From a virus (lineage: Duplodnaviria > Caudoviricetes): DNA of 43,418 nt. Shown piece after piece: positions 16,779-26,907 of this stretch. The number at the start of each line of letters is the position of its first letter. Position 1 is the stretch's first letter. The position numbers and the translations under genes are program-made. Where the stretch lies: the IMG/VR virus record IMGVR_UViG_3300043173_000134, positions 1-43,418 of that record; one strand, written 5' to 3'. The notes under the pieces are model-generated. The model was not told where the DNA came from and ran no database searches. It saw only the letters and a list, made by a program, of their open reading frames with translations.

Positions 16779-17648
16779 ATGCAAGGAACAACTCTCAGGA
16801 AATATGGAGTTCAGGCTATAGTAAATTTTGAATTGTTTGAAGTTGATGGACTTGACTTCAGGATTGACGCTGTTCATGCCGCCGGTGATTCGGTGATAAT
16901 GAAAGACGAAGGAGCGGAGGCCAGCACCGCAAATGGCTTTACTGATGAAGGCAAAGGGTATTCTCTTGTCTTATCTGCAACGGAAATGGAAGCGGCAAGA
17001 ATTGTAATATATCTAGCTGATTTAACAGCGACAAAGGTTTGGCTTGATAAAGCTATTGTTATTGAGACATACGGTCATGCTTCTGCAATGCATGCATTTG
17101 ATTTTAATACTGCAACGCAGAACGTGAATGTTGCGAGTCAAGATAACATCGATTTTGGAGCATTGCAAAAAGCAAGTATCACGACAGCAGTTCCTACTCC
17201 CGCTGAGAACAGAACAGAAATGGACGCCAACTCAACAGGGCTCGCGGCTATATTCTCAGACACAGACACGGCTATCCCTGCACTGATTGCCGCGCTAAAT
17301 AATTTGAGTGCCGCGCAAGCAAAAACGCAGGCTGATGACGCCTTGACTGATTACGATCCTTCAACCAGGGCGGAAAACGTTGCTGATGCAAGCGCAATAA
17401 TTACGCAGATCGATGCCAATGAAACTAAGATCGATAGTATCTTGACCACCGCATTGACAGAAGGGTACGCCGCAGATGGTTCAACGGCAAGTGCTACGGA
17501 ATTGCTTTATATGATTTGGAGCTTATTGTCTTCGTTGAAATTTGTAACAACAGTTGGAACGTCAAGAAAGCTTGATGGCTCGTCAGCGGCAATGACATTT
17601 TCAATTGATGACGCAGACAGTCCAACAGATATAAACAGAGCGTCATAA
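16779..17648 (+). CDS. putative virion structural protein
   Basis: Ala/Thr/Asp-rich; within the structural operon. Confidence 0.6.
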   Translation: MQGTTLRKYGVQAIVNFELFEVDGLDFRIDAVHAAGDSVIMKDEGAEASTANGFTDEGKGYSLVLSATEMEAARIVIYLADLTATKVWLDKAIVIETYGHASAMHAFDFNTATQNVNVASQDNIDFGALQKASITTAVPTPAENRTEMDANSTGLAAIFSDTDTAIPALIAALNNLSAAQAKTQADDALTDYDPSTRAENVADASAIITQIDANETKIDSILTTALTEGYAADGSTASATELLYMIWSLLSSLKFVTTVGTSRKLDGSSAAMTFSIDDADSPTDINRAS

Positions 17649-17649
17649 A

Positions 17650-18201
17650 ATGAAAAGAATACTTACAAAAGGATTAAAGACTGGCTTGATCGGTGACGAT
17701 GGAGTTGGGTTTATATTAAGGCGAGGACTAAGGTCTTCCCTAGTTATTATATCTGTATTGCCTTCGAGGCGACAGCGTATAGTTGATCAGATAAAAACAC
17801 TTCTGATGACTGTGACAACTTCGAACGGCTTCAAGACTGATATAGGGCTGAGTGTTTTTGAATGGAAGTCTACTGACTTCCAGACCACGAACATGCCCGG
17901 GGTTGATATTCGTGATCCGGAGGAGCAAGTTGCGACAAGAGGCACGAATCATATTTACACGTTGACAATTGAGATTGAAGCAAAAGTTTCGGCGAGTACG
18001 TCAACGAATCAGTCAAGGGAAGTCCTTGCAGATATTCAAACACTGATGGGATCCAATCAGAATCTTGGAGGCTTGGCCCATAAGGTGACGCCGGTAGATA
18101 ATGAATTATTAGATTTCGAGAAAGTAAATAATAAATTCGGTTCAGTTTTAATACGCTTTGAAGTCGAGTATGCGACAAAAGCATTTCAACCTTACTCATA
18201 G
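17650..18201 (+). CDS. tail terminator / tail completion protein
   Basis: RQRIVDQIKTLL..VTTSNGFKTDIG...LGGLA...F.VEY; precedes the tail tube gene. Confidence 0.7.
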   Translation: MKRILTKGLKTGLIGDDGVGFILRRGLRSSLVIISVLPSRRQRIVDQIKTLLMTVTTSNGFKTDIGLSVFEWKSTDFQTTNMPGVDIRDPEEQVATRGTNHIYTLTIEIEAKVSASTSTNQSREVLADIQTLMGSNQNLGGLAHKVTPVDNELLDFEKVNNKFGSVLIRFEVEYATKAFQPYS

Positions 18202-18213
18202 GAGGGAAGTAAA

Positions 18214-18987
18214 ATGTCAACAAATGATTACACGCTTGGTGGTGCAAGATTATTTTTCAATGATGGCGCCCAGGATGGGGCGATAGGAAATGGGTTCCTT
18301 GATCTCGGAAATATTCCTACTTTTTCAATTGAAAGAACGATTGCAGAGATAGAGCATTTCGCCTTTATTGCTGGCTCACTCTCTCGCCAGAAAGATTTGA
18401 ACATCGTGACCGACATCGGAATGAGTTTCAATTTTGCAGTGGATGAATTGTTCGCACAAAACTGGAATATAATTCTCTTTGGAAACGGAACTGTTTCAAC
18501 GGTTCAGTCCGGTGACACTATCGTTGACGAAGCGGCAGTGGCTCCAGTGCTTTTGGATCGTTCTATCTTTACAGCGGAGTCGGACATTTCTGCCTTGTCA
18601 GTTGCTGGCACAGGTGGAACTCCAGTATTCGATGTCACGGATGACTATCTTCTTGTGAATGCCAAGACTGGAGAAATTAAGATTGTTGATGGTGGTGCGA
18701 TCACGACTGGGCTTGTCTTGGAATTGGATTACACTTCCGCGGCAAGAACACGAGACAGAATTGTTCCTGGAGATGATACTTCCATCAAGGGTTCTGCGCG
18801 ACTTGAGTTCCAAGGACAGAACGGTGGAAACATTACTTGGATAATTCAGAATTGTGAGATCAAGCCTGACGGATCAAGTCCGATTTCTTCAACGGAAGTT
18901 TCAGAGTCCAATCTGATCTTGAACATTCTTGTTGACAAAGTTGTGACTCCTGCAGAGCCTTTCGGTTTTGTGCTTCATGGATCTTAA
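18214..18987 (+). CDS. major tail tube protein
   Basis: YTLGGARLFF...FLDLGN.PTF.I....IEH pattern; position. Confidence 0.8.
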   Translation: MSTNDYTLGGARLFFNDGAQDGAIGNGFLDLGNIPTFSIERTIAEIEHFAFIAGSLSRQKDLNIVTDIGMSFNFAVDELFAQNWNIILFGNGTVSTVQSGDTIVDEAAVAPVLLDRSIFTAESDISALSVAGTGGTPVFDVTDDYLLVNAKTGEIKIVDGGAITTGLVLELDYTSAARTRDRIVPGDDTSIKGSARLEFQGQNGGNITWIIQNCEIKPDGSSPISSTEVSESNLILNILVDKVVTPAEPFGFVLHGS

Positions 18988-18999
18988 TTCTGGAAACTT

Positions 19000-19521
19000 A
19001 TGAATAAATTTTTTGCTGAAAAGCATATTGTTATTACAGACGAGGACGGCGAGAAGTTGGAATTCTTTATGCGCCCGATTAAGATAAAGGAACTTCCTAT
19101 TATCTATCGGGTTGGCGTGTTGGCTGAACAAGGCGGCACGGAAGAATTCACAACTCCTATGCTCCTTTCGCTGATGATTGATTGTCTGAGCATCGACGGG
19201 GCCAACGTCCCCGGAGATGCTACAGACAAATTGATCGAGACTTTTATTGATTACAACTTTCCGAAGCCAGACGCAACCAAGACGCAAGAGAGTAAGAGAT
19301 CGAAAACAAAAAAAGACCCAGAGCCGATTTCTTTTTTCATTGATTTTTTAGTGAACCAAGGACACAGCGTTTCAGATATTATGGAGTTTACTATGTCTCA
19401 ATTTAACGAATTAATAATGAAGGCTGGAGAGAGATTGAATCCAAAATCAAAAGTAATGGATCCTCTCGAAGCTTTTGCAAAAATGGGCATTCCAATAAGA
19501 AAGAGAGTCAATGGGAGATAG
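19000..19521 (+). CDS. tail assembly chaperone (G and T parts in one frame)
   Basis: Between tube and tape measure; C-terminal GHS.SDIMEFTMSQF. Confidence 0.7.
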   Translation: MNKFFAEKHIVITDEDGEKLEFFMRPIKIKELPIIYRVGVLAEQGGTEEFTTPMLLSLMIDCLSIDGANVPGDATDKLIETFIDYNFPKPDATKTQESKRSKTKKDPEPISFFIDFLVNQGHSVSDIMEFTMSQFNELIMKAGERLNPKSKVMDPLEAFAKMGIPIRKRVNGR

Positions 19522-22144
19522 AGTTGACATTGAAATTGGTGGAGATACTGCACATGCCAAAGCAAGTATCAAGGACCTAGAGCAATCAACAAAAAAGTCC
19601 TTTGAGAAAATGGCTGGCGACGCTGAGGAATCAAGCGAAGATATTTCCAAATCGTTTAAGAGGGCAGGAATCAGAACCGAAAAAGCTATTCATAAAAGTT
19701 CCGAGAAAGCTCGGAGCGACTTTGAAAAAATAAAGAATTCTGGTGTGGCCTCTGCAAACGATATCAAACGTGCCCACAATGCAATGACTGCCAAGCTCAA
19801 AAAGAACAGCAGGGAGTTGTCAACGAGTTCGAAACGAATTGGAGACATCTTCAAGAACATCAAAGGGACTATCATTGCGGCAACAGCGGCAGCGGCAGGC
19901 TTCTTTGGAGTCAAAGTATTCGGGGAGGCTATCAAATTTGAATCTGCGTTGCTTGATCTCCAGAAGGTAATGAGCGACACCGAAGGAAGCGCCTCGCAGT
20001 TTACAGCAATCAGTGAGGAGCTTGCGAAAAAATTCGGAGTTTCTTCTGCCGAAGTTCTGCAAGGTGCTGCCAATTTCAAACAGGCTGGATTCGATTTACA
20101 GGAAGCGTTTGTATTACAAGAGCAAGCTTTGAAACTTGTCATTGCTGGAGATCTGGAAGCGGCAGAGGCCGCGGAGCTTTTAGTTTCAGTACTAAAGGGA
20201 TTCAAGGCTCCAGCCTCAGAAGCGGCAAGACTGACAGACATATTGAACGAAGTCTCTAACAGATATGCAACAAACTTGAAAGAGCTTGCAATTGGAATGG
20301 CAGAAGTTTCTCCGATTGCAAAGATAATGGGATTCACTTTTGAAGAAACCGCAGGGCTTCTGACTCCGATCATTGAAGTTTTCAGATCAGGAACAGAATC
20401 AGCGCAAGCGTTCAGAACTGGTCTGCTGAAACTCCTTGACGATGCGCTACCCGTCACAAATGCTTTGCACGATCTCGGCGTTGATCAAAAAGAACTCAAC
20501 GGAAAAATGAGATCTGGAAAAGATATTGTTGGTGATGTCGCGCAGGCCTTCATTGGATTAGACAGAAACTCTAAATTGGTTTTTGCCACTCAGTTAGTTG
20601 GCATAAGACAAGCCGCAAAAATGGTAGAAGTTTTTGATGGCTTGCGATTGTCAACAGAAATCACAAACATTGCAATGGGAGCCGCGGGGTCAATCAACAA
20701 AGAGGTTGCAATCAGATTGGCATCCACTGCTTTTAAAGGAAAGAGGACTGCGCAGTCTTTCAATATCATGGCCAAGACGATTGGCAATCAATTACTGCCT
20801 GCATTAAATACGTTGTTAGATGTCACTATACTAACACTGGACGCTATTACGTTACTTGTCAAAGGCGTGGCAAAAGCCTATCGGTTTCTTGAAAGCCTTG
20901 GTGGTTTACTTGATACAACGGCTGCCCTTTTAGGATTAACTAAAGCATCAAAAAAGGTAGAGGAGCAGACAAAGAAGCTTATCAAGGCCAATGACGAATT
21001 TGAAAAGTCAGAAGCAGAGGTCAAGAAAAGTTTGGAAGCAAGCGCAGCAGCGTTCGAAGAAAGGAAACGTCTAAGGATAGAGGATGCACAGTCAGCGTCA
21101 GACGCGGCACAACAAGAACTCTCTGCCATTGCCATCACTGTCGAAGCACAACAGCAGAAAAACAAAGCTTTGAAAGAAAGCATCCGGACAGTTAGAAAAG
21201 AAATCAATGAGCTGGAGAGAGAATTAAACACAGCAACGTCCTTTACTGAAAAAATATTTGCAGCGATAGCGAAAAGCAAAAAGACAATTGCTCAGGCCCA
21301 ATTCGATCCATTAGAAAAACTGGTCGATGATCTTGCCAGGGCGAGAGAGTCTTTCAAGAAAGCCGTCAAAGAAGGAACGGCAGGCAACATTGAAAAAGCA
21401 AGGGAGTTGACTCTTTCAGCAGTAAACGCAGCCAATGCGATTCTGGAAGTCCAAAAGGGTGCTGCCGAGGAGTCTGGTGTCACGACAAGCGAATTGAACA
21501 TAGCAGCAGATCAGGCCGAGCGACTTGTCAAGTCTGCAAAGAACTTCGCTGTTGAAATGCAAGAGGCAGCCGCAGGAGCGATCCCTGCCGTTAAAGATCA
21601 ACTCGCAACACTGGAAGCAGACCTGGTCACAGGGAAAGACACTCTCGTTGGATTAAAGGCTGACATAAAGATCGCACAGACGGAAGCAGAAATGTTGAAA
21701 AAAATCCTTGAGAGAAATACGACAGCAACTCACACTCAGGTGATCAACACTGTCAACACTGGAGGGGGAGAGAGTAAGATCCCAGGCTTTTCAACGGGAG
21801 TGAAGTTGCCAGGGTACGGAGGGGGCGACAAGATTCTTGCAAGACTTGAAGCAGGTGAGAGAGTGATCAAAAAAGAAGCTGTCCGAAATCTTGAAGGACT
21901 TGGCGCGAGAGCCATGACTGCGCTACACAAGGGAGATATAAAAGGGCTCGTTGATAGCCTGCCAGCTTATCAAGAGGGAGGGAAAGTTGCGCCTCCTGAA
22001 GGAGCGAGAGGGACGACGAATCTTAACTTGCAGATTGGAGATAAAACATTCCCGACAGTTGCAAAGCAAAGCGTGGCTGATGAACTGTCTCAAGATATTA
22101 AATCAATCAACCGTATACGAGGACGGAAACGCAATCCGTATTAA
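19511..22144 (+). CDS. tail tape measure protein
   Basis: 877-aa helical protein; FESALLDLQKV, TP901-like core, C-terminal GDKILARLEAGERVI. Confidence 0.93.
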   Translation: MGDRVDIEIGGDTAHAKASIKDLEQSTKKSFEKMAGDAEESSEDISKSFKRAGIRTEKAIHKSSEKARSDFEKIKNSGVASANDIKRAHNAMTAKLKKNSRELSTSSKRIGDIFKNIKGTIIAATAAAAGFFGVKVFGEAIKFESALLDLQKVMSDTEGSASQFTAISEELAKKFGVSSAEVLQGAANFKQAGFDLQEAFVLQEQALKLVIAGDLEAAEAAELLVSVLKGFKAPASEAARLTDILNEVSNRYATNLKELAIGMAEVSPIAKIMGFTFEETAGLLTPIIEVFRSGTESAQAFRTGLLKLLDDALPVTNALHDLGVDQKELNGKMRSGKDIVGDVAQAFIGLDRNSKLVFATQLVGIRQAAKMVEVFDGLRLSTEITNIAMGAAGSINKEVAIRLASTAFKGKRTAQSFNIMAKTIGNQLLPALNTLLDVTILTLDAITLLVKGVAKAYRFLESLGGLLDTTAALLGLTKASKKVEEQTKKLIKANDEFEKSEAEVKKSLEASAAAFEERKRLRIEDAQSASDAAQQELSAIAITVEAQQQKNKALKESIRTVRKEINELERELNTATSFTEKIFAAIAKSKKTIAQAQFDPLEKLVDDLARARESFKKAVKEGTAGNIEKARELTLSAVNAANAILEVQKGAAEESGVTTSELNIAADQAERLVKSAKNFAVEMQEAAAGAIPAVKDQLATLEADLVTGKDTLVGLKADIKIAQTEAEMLKKILERNTTATHTQVINTVNTGGGESKIPGFSTGVKLPGYGGGDKILARLEAGERVIKKEAVRNLEGLGARAMTALHKGDIKGLVDSLPAYQEGGKVAPPEGARGTTNLNLQIGDKTFPTVAKQSVADELSQDIKSINRIRGRKRNPY

Positions 22145-22147
22145 ACT

Positions 22148-22561
22148 ATGCCCGTTACAGTAATAAAATTTTACACGTTCGAGCCGATTGGAAACTTTGC
22201 TCTTGGAGACAAGGACGTCCACTTTCACGAAGCTCCGGGAGGGGTCTCTCACACTATCACGCATTTAAATCCTGTGAATGCAAGGAGAGTGCAGAACGGA
22301 TCCCTGATCACTCAGACGATCAGATATAATAAAAAAGATATAAGCTTGACGATCACTTTTTTCGATGTCACAATGAAAACTTATTTTCAGGCACTGTACG
22401 AATCAGGGTTCCGAATTACGCTGACTATCTGGGTTGAGAATCCAACCACGTTCGTGGAAGAAGCTGAGTTCAGTGGAATCGTCCAGATGCTTTCACTTGA
22501 CGAGGACACGGACGAGACATCAAACATTCGAACTTTAACAATGAATTTTTCGGAGGCTTAA
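22148..22561 (+). CDS. putative distal tail protein
   Basis: Immediately after the tape measure gene; RRVQNGSL motif. Confidence 0.55.
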   Translation: MPVTVIKFYTFEPIGNFALGDKDVHFHEAPGGVSHTITHLNPVNARRVQNGSLITQTIRYNKKDISLTITFFDVTMKTYFQALYESGFRITLTIWVENPTTFVEEAEFSGIVQMLSLDEDTDETSNIRTLTMNFSEA

Positions 22562-22564
22562 ACT

Positions 22565-22981
22565 ATGGCGGGAAAACTTGTAACAATCGGGCACTCAGAT
22601 GTTTTAACTTGGTACTTTAAAAACGTCCAGACTTCCAGAGGTGCTGACGCTCTCTATCTGGGTCTGTACACTGATACAGTGGAACCTCCAATCGGGGCAG
22701 CCTTACCAGCGACAGACATCGCAGAACTTGCGCTTGCTGGTTACGCTCGGATCCAGTTGCTCGATGCTGACTGGACCGTCGTGGGAGATCAAGTTGACAA
22801 CGTTCTGAAAACTTTCACAGCGGCAGAGAACTGGGGGAACGTGTATGGTTCTTTTTTAACAAACGCACCCGCTGGATCTTCTGATCTCATAGCGGTCAAA
22901 CATTTTTCGAATGGTCCGTTCAATGTCTTGGACACAAAAACGATTGATGTGACTCCGAGATTTGTAATAGCAAATATATAA
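22565..22981 (+). CDS. putative tail/virion protein
   Basis: LYLGLYT...E....GYARI...W...F....NWG.V pattern common in tail genes. Confidence 0.65.
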   Translation: MAGKLVTIGHSDVLTWYFKNVQTSRGADALYLGLYTDTVEPPIGAALPATDIAELALAGYARIQLLDADWTVVGDQVDNVLKTFTAAENWGNVYGSFLTNAPAGSSDLIAVKHFSNGPFNVLDTKTIDVTPRFVIANI

Positions 22982-23016
22982 TTGCTTAATCTATTTTTTT
23001 ATAAGGAGGAATTAAA

Positions 23017-23472
23017 ATGTCAAGTTATACAGTAGCAGTTCCTGACATCGTAGCAGGAGGGGATCCACAAACTCTTGTAAACATCTTTTCGGTTGCGGGG
23101 TTGTCTCGTGGAAAAATCAACAACATAATTGTTTCCAGTGGCGCGGCTCCTGATGATCAGGCGAACAACTTTGAAGTCAAGAGAACGACTGGCGTTGGTA
23201 CAGAGGGATCTGGAGTGACTCCTAACCCGCTTGACCCAGACACAAAGGCGTCTGCTTTTGATGCTGGTGAAGGTCATAGTGTTGAACCGACTGAGACGGC
23301 CGCGTCCGAATTGCTTGCTTTCAGTATAAATCAGAGAGCGACTTTTTCATGGTTAGCAAATCCTGGTTCTGAAATTATAATGCCAGCGACTACAAACAAC
23401 GGTTGCAATGTTGTCAGGAGATCTGGCACCGGTCAATATGTTATTGATTGCACCGTTATTTTTGAGGAATAA
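23017..23472 (+). CDS. putative virion structural protein
   Basis: SD AAGGAGG; beta-rich; ends FEE. Confidence 0.6.
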   Translation: MSSYTVAVPDIVAGGDPQTLVNIFSVAGLSRGKINNIIVSSGAAPDDQANNFEVKRTTGVGTEGSGVTPNPLDPDTKASAFDAGEGHSVEPTETAASELLAFSINQRATFSWLANPGSEIIMPATTNNGCNVVRRSGTGQYVIDCTVIFEE

Positions 23473-23477
23473 ATACT

Positions 23478-23708
23478 ATGGCAACAAAGGAAGCAGGCAT
23501 CATTATTATTGACGGTAAACAGGTAGCTTCGACAAAACAATGTCCTCACTGTAACAGTCATTTTATAATGAAAAAAGGGAGTGGGAAAATTCGAGGGTTT
23601 TGTATGAAGTGCCATGAGGTTACTTGTGGGGCCCTCGAATGCTGTAAGTGTGTCCCGTTCGAGAAGAAACTTGAATTGGTAGAAGCAGGCAAGCTTGTTT
23701 TCGTTTAA
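23478..23708 (+). CDS. small Cys-rich metal-binding protein in the tail module
   Basis: CPHC, CMKC, C...ECCKC. Confidence 0.7.
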   Translation: MATKEAGIIIIDGKQVASTKQCPHCNSHFIMKKGSGKIRGFCMKCHEVTCGALECCKCVPFEKKLELVEAGKLVFV

Positions 23709-23739
23709 TTTTTAAAGACTCTCTCTGTGTGGAATACAA

Positions 23740-25935
23740 ATGACGATTGACAAATACTATGTTGCGCCACAAATTCCTCGCAAGAAAAAAAGGAAAACGA
23801 ATCCTGGGTTCTCAGTAACCCCAGGGATGCACGTTCCAGTTCCGATCAAGCTCGACAAGTGGGAGCCAAAGAATGCGGTTCCTGTCAGAGAAGTAAAAAG
23901 AAACAAAGCAAACGTCACTCAGAATATTCTTGTTGAGTTCAATACGCCAACGCTTCCTGAGGTTCTAATGAACTCTTGGCATCAACAGCAACAACTCGCA
24001 AGAATAAAGAAACGTGGCAATCCGAACTCTCACGTTGACATTGATTTCATTGAAGCAATTCAAGAACAGGATGGAAACTTTTTTGACACTGGTGTCTTTG
24101 CATTTGAGATCAGAAAAGAAAGCACAGACCAAGCGGACTTTCTCGACAACGACGCCTTCGACTTCACTATCACCGGAGCGCACGTTGAAGATTTTCAGCT
24201 TGAAGATATAGATCCTTTCACGTTTAAAATCACTTATCCTGAAATAGGAAACGAAGTGTTCAACAGTGGGGTCCCTGGGTTTGTTACTGCAAATGCTACA
24301 ATTGACGGAGTGAATGAATCAGGAATGATTCGAGGAGCGATCCTTGTGACTCGTGAAGATAACACGGCAGCAAGATTCAAGCTGACTCTTGAGCTGGACC
24401 AGGAACTCATTCCTCCTAGGAAGCCATCGGAATTAATCAACAAAACGGTTAGCATAAATTTCGGGGCCGCTGACATGGACGGGGTCGTCAGTGATGCCTT
24501 TCCTATATTCAAGGGACTTTGCAAGCATGTGTCATTCAATGAAGATCAGCAGTCAATGCTGGTAACTGGATATGACTACGGAGGCGTCCATCAAACAAAA
24601 GGAGAGTTTGTTTCTGATAATGTGACAGAGGTCTTGACAGGTTCTATTCATGCGAGTTCGGCTGGAACTCTCTCTCTCGGTCACTCTCCCGTGTGGGCGG
24701 TTGTCTGGAATGGAAATTCTGTCGTGAGAGACGGGGAGGATTATTTCATCAATACGTTGAATGGGTCGATTATCATTCCGTTTTCTTCTCGCATATTGCA
24801 ATTCCCAGGGTCGTTTAATTACAGTTATCAAAGTCCGTTCGGGAGCATGAGAGAAATTATTCAAACGGTTGCAAGCTTAAAGGGCTGGACGATTCAAGAG
24901 GATAATATAGTAATCGCAGATTATTCAAATGTGTCAGAGCATCCAGTTTTGAGTCTGTCTGACGAATCAGTGATTGACGTTTGCAGAAAGTTCCTTGAAC
25001 TCTCAGGCGCAAAAGTCGAATCAAATTTGTTTCCTGCTCTCCGTGTATACTCAGAGGTTCAGAATGTTATCAACACAGTCAACACTCATGTCGTTGATGA
25101 ATCAATAATATTTGAGGGCTCTCAGACATATCGAATTGACTTTGACGATATGCTGAACGAACAAACGACTCGAAGCGTTCAGAAGATAAACGCCAATGTT
25201 GTTATTGGGGCGGAGGGTATCATCGCTCAATTCTCGGGAAGTCAATCAAATATTGATCCAAGAACAGTGCAAACAAATGTTGTTGCCTGGGCAATGTTTG
25301 ATCTTACTATTCCGTATGTTTTAATTGAACATAGAATTAATAAACAGGGCTTGAACTCAATATCATTTTCAGCAAGTGGGACATTCCACGCGGCATTGAT
25401 CCCGTTCGAGTCACTAGACGAACCGATCACAGGAGCGTCATGGAATACCTTTATTGATGGTGATGATTTGGTCGTTCAGCTAAAACATAAAATCGTATTG
25501 CTTCAAGGCGGCGGGATTCAATATTGGACACTTCCAGCCGTGCGGGATTATGTCTTGACTGTGAACGGTTCAACTATAAACTATGGAGATGGGGCGATTG
25601 AAGATGTAAAGATCGTCACAGCACAAAGACCAATCGGGGGAATCACTGACACTCTCAAGGGCGACGTTTATGAGAACCCGTACATTGAAACGGATCAGCA
25701 TTGCGCCAACATTTGTGATGCGATTTTGCTTGAACATGGAAATCCTTATACAACACAATTTGAAATTCCAGTTTTCGAGGGAAGGGAGATGAACATCGGG
25801 AATCGTATTGATATCGAAAAAGATTCGAACGCCAGGTTTAAGGGCATCATCAAAACTCTAGCTTATTCTATCGATCTTAGATCAGGAAGGAACTCAATTC
25901 TCGTTGCCGCAAAAGGCGTGGGGTTTGGGATATAA
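23740..25935 (+). CDS. tail tip / hub protein
   Basis: 731 aa; position; IFKG.C..V, ENPYIET...C motifs. Confidence 0.65.
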   Translation: MTIDKYYVAPQIPRKKKRKTNPGFSVTPGMHVPVPIKLDKWEPKNAVPVREVKRNKANVTQNILVEFNTPTLPEVLMNSWHQQQQLARIKKRGNPNSHVDIDFIEAIQEQDGNFFDTGVFAFEIRKESTDQADFLDNDAFDFTITGAHVEDFQLEDIDPFTFKITYPEIGNEVFNSGVPGFVTANATIDGVNESGMIRGAILVTREDNTAARFKLTLELDQELIPPRKPSELINKTVSINFGAADMDGVVSDAFPIFKGLCKHVSFNEDQQSMLVTGYDYGGVHQTKGEFVSDNVTEVLTGSIHASSAGTLSLGHSPVWAVVWNGNSVVRDGEDYFINTLNGSIIIPFSSRILQFPGSFNYSYQSPFGSMREIIQTVASLKGWTIQEDNIVIADYSNVSEHPVLSLSDESVIDVCRKFLELSGAKVESNLFPALRVYSEVQNVINTVNTHVVDESIIFEGSQTYRIDFDDMLNEQTTRSVQKINANVVIGAEGIIAQFSGSQSNIDPRTVQTNVVAWAMFDLTIPYVLIEHRINKQGLNSISFSASGTFHAALIPFESLDEPITGASWNTFIDGDDLVVQLKHKIVLLQGGGIQYWTLPAVRDYVLTVNGSTINYGDGAIEDVKIVTAQRPIGGITDTLKGDVYENPYIETDQHCANICDAILLEHGNPYTTQFEIPVFEGREMNIGNRIDIEKDSNARFKGIIKTLAYSIDLRSGRNSILVAAKGVGFGI

Positions 25936-25938
25936 ATT

Positions 25939-26904
25939 ATGGCTGCACCTTCAATAACTGTTAGCTTTACTTCTGATGTCAATAGCGGGGCCCCTCCATT
26001 TGATGTTCAGTTCACTGATACTACTATTGTGACAGATGGATTCGCGCGGCTTTGGTTTTGGGATTTTGGTGATGGTGGGGTTTCAACAGAACAGGATCCT
26101 GTACATACATTTGACGGTAGTGCAGGAGAAGCGTTCACGGTAACGTTAACAATAGTAGCAACTACTACTGAGTTTGCCAGTTTGCTAAAGAGTGATATAA
26201 ATGCAATAGCTCAATCAGGAGGCAGTGATCAAAGCGGCAGCGGGAGTTCTGAATCAGCTGCATGGGACGCCTTTAATGCCGCTAGTCCTGTTAGCGGAAC
26301 TGAGTCATTTGTCACTTTTTGGCTCACGCGATCAGGTTCAACAACGAGGCAATACAAGCAGATAAATGTTATTGTTCGGCTTGAAACAAATTACAGTAAT
26401 GCATTATATATTTTAACAGTAAATCCGACTGATCTTGAGATATTTCAAGGGGCAATAATTACATCTTTTGGTCATTGGTTTACTCCTATGAGTAATACGC
26501 CTAGACAAGTTCATTCTCGTGTACTAGGATTGCTTCCTGGGTTCCCAGTGGAAATAGGCGCATGGGTGGACCCAATTGCTAATTTACCGGATACCACAAC
26601 GCCAAACACACAACATGGGATGTCCGCTTCTTTTACGTTAAGGACGTATCGCATTTCCGGAACTCAAGATTTCAGTGATCATGCAGAAGCGGATTTCATA
26701 GTGATAGGAGTTCCTCCGATTGCAGAATTTAATGCGGCTCCTGTAAAAGGACCAGATGGATTAAACGTGCAATTTGAAAATCTATCTACTCCTGCAATTG
26801 GCGCCCCCACAACATATTCGTGGAAAAAAAGAATACATGGCTCTGGAGATTCGTTTGTCGAATTCTCAACAGCGGAGAATCCTATTGAAATTTTTACTAA
26901 ATAA
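25939..26904 (+). CDS. PKD-domain protein, putative receptor-binding/tail appendage
   Basis: SGAPPFDVQFTD...WFWDFGDG..STEQDPVHTF and a second, truncated PKD at the C-terminus. Confidence 0.85.
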   Translation: MAAPSITVSFTSDVNSGAPPFDVQFTDTTIVTDGFARLWFWDFGDGGVSTEQDPVHTFDGSAGEAFTVTLTIVATTTEFASLLKSDINAIAQSGGSDQSGSGSSESAAWDAFNAASPVSGTESFVTFWLTRSGSTTRQYKQINVIVRLETNYSNALYILTVNPTDLEIFQGAIITSFGHWFTPMSNTPRQVHSRVLGLLPGFPVEIGAWVDPIANLPDTTTPNTQHGMSASFTLRTYRISGTQDFSDHAEADFIVIGVPPIAEFNAAPVKGPDGLNVQFENLSTPAIGAPTTYSWKKRIHGSGDSFVEFSTAENPIEIFTK

Positions 26905-26907
26905 ATT

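Noticed and set aside
19690-20457. 255-aa minus-strand ORF (and other antisense ORFs)
   Set aside because: Antisense shadows of Ala/Glu/Lys-rich genes such as the tape measure; no motifs or SD.
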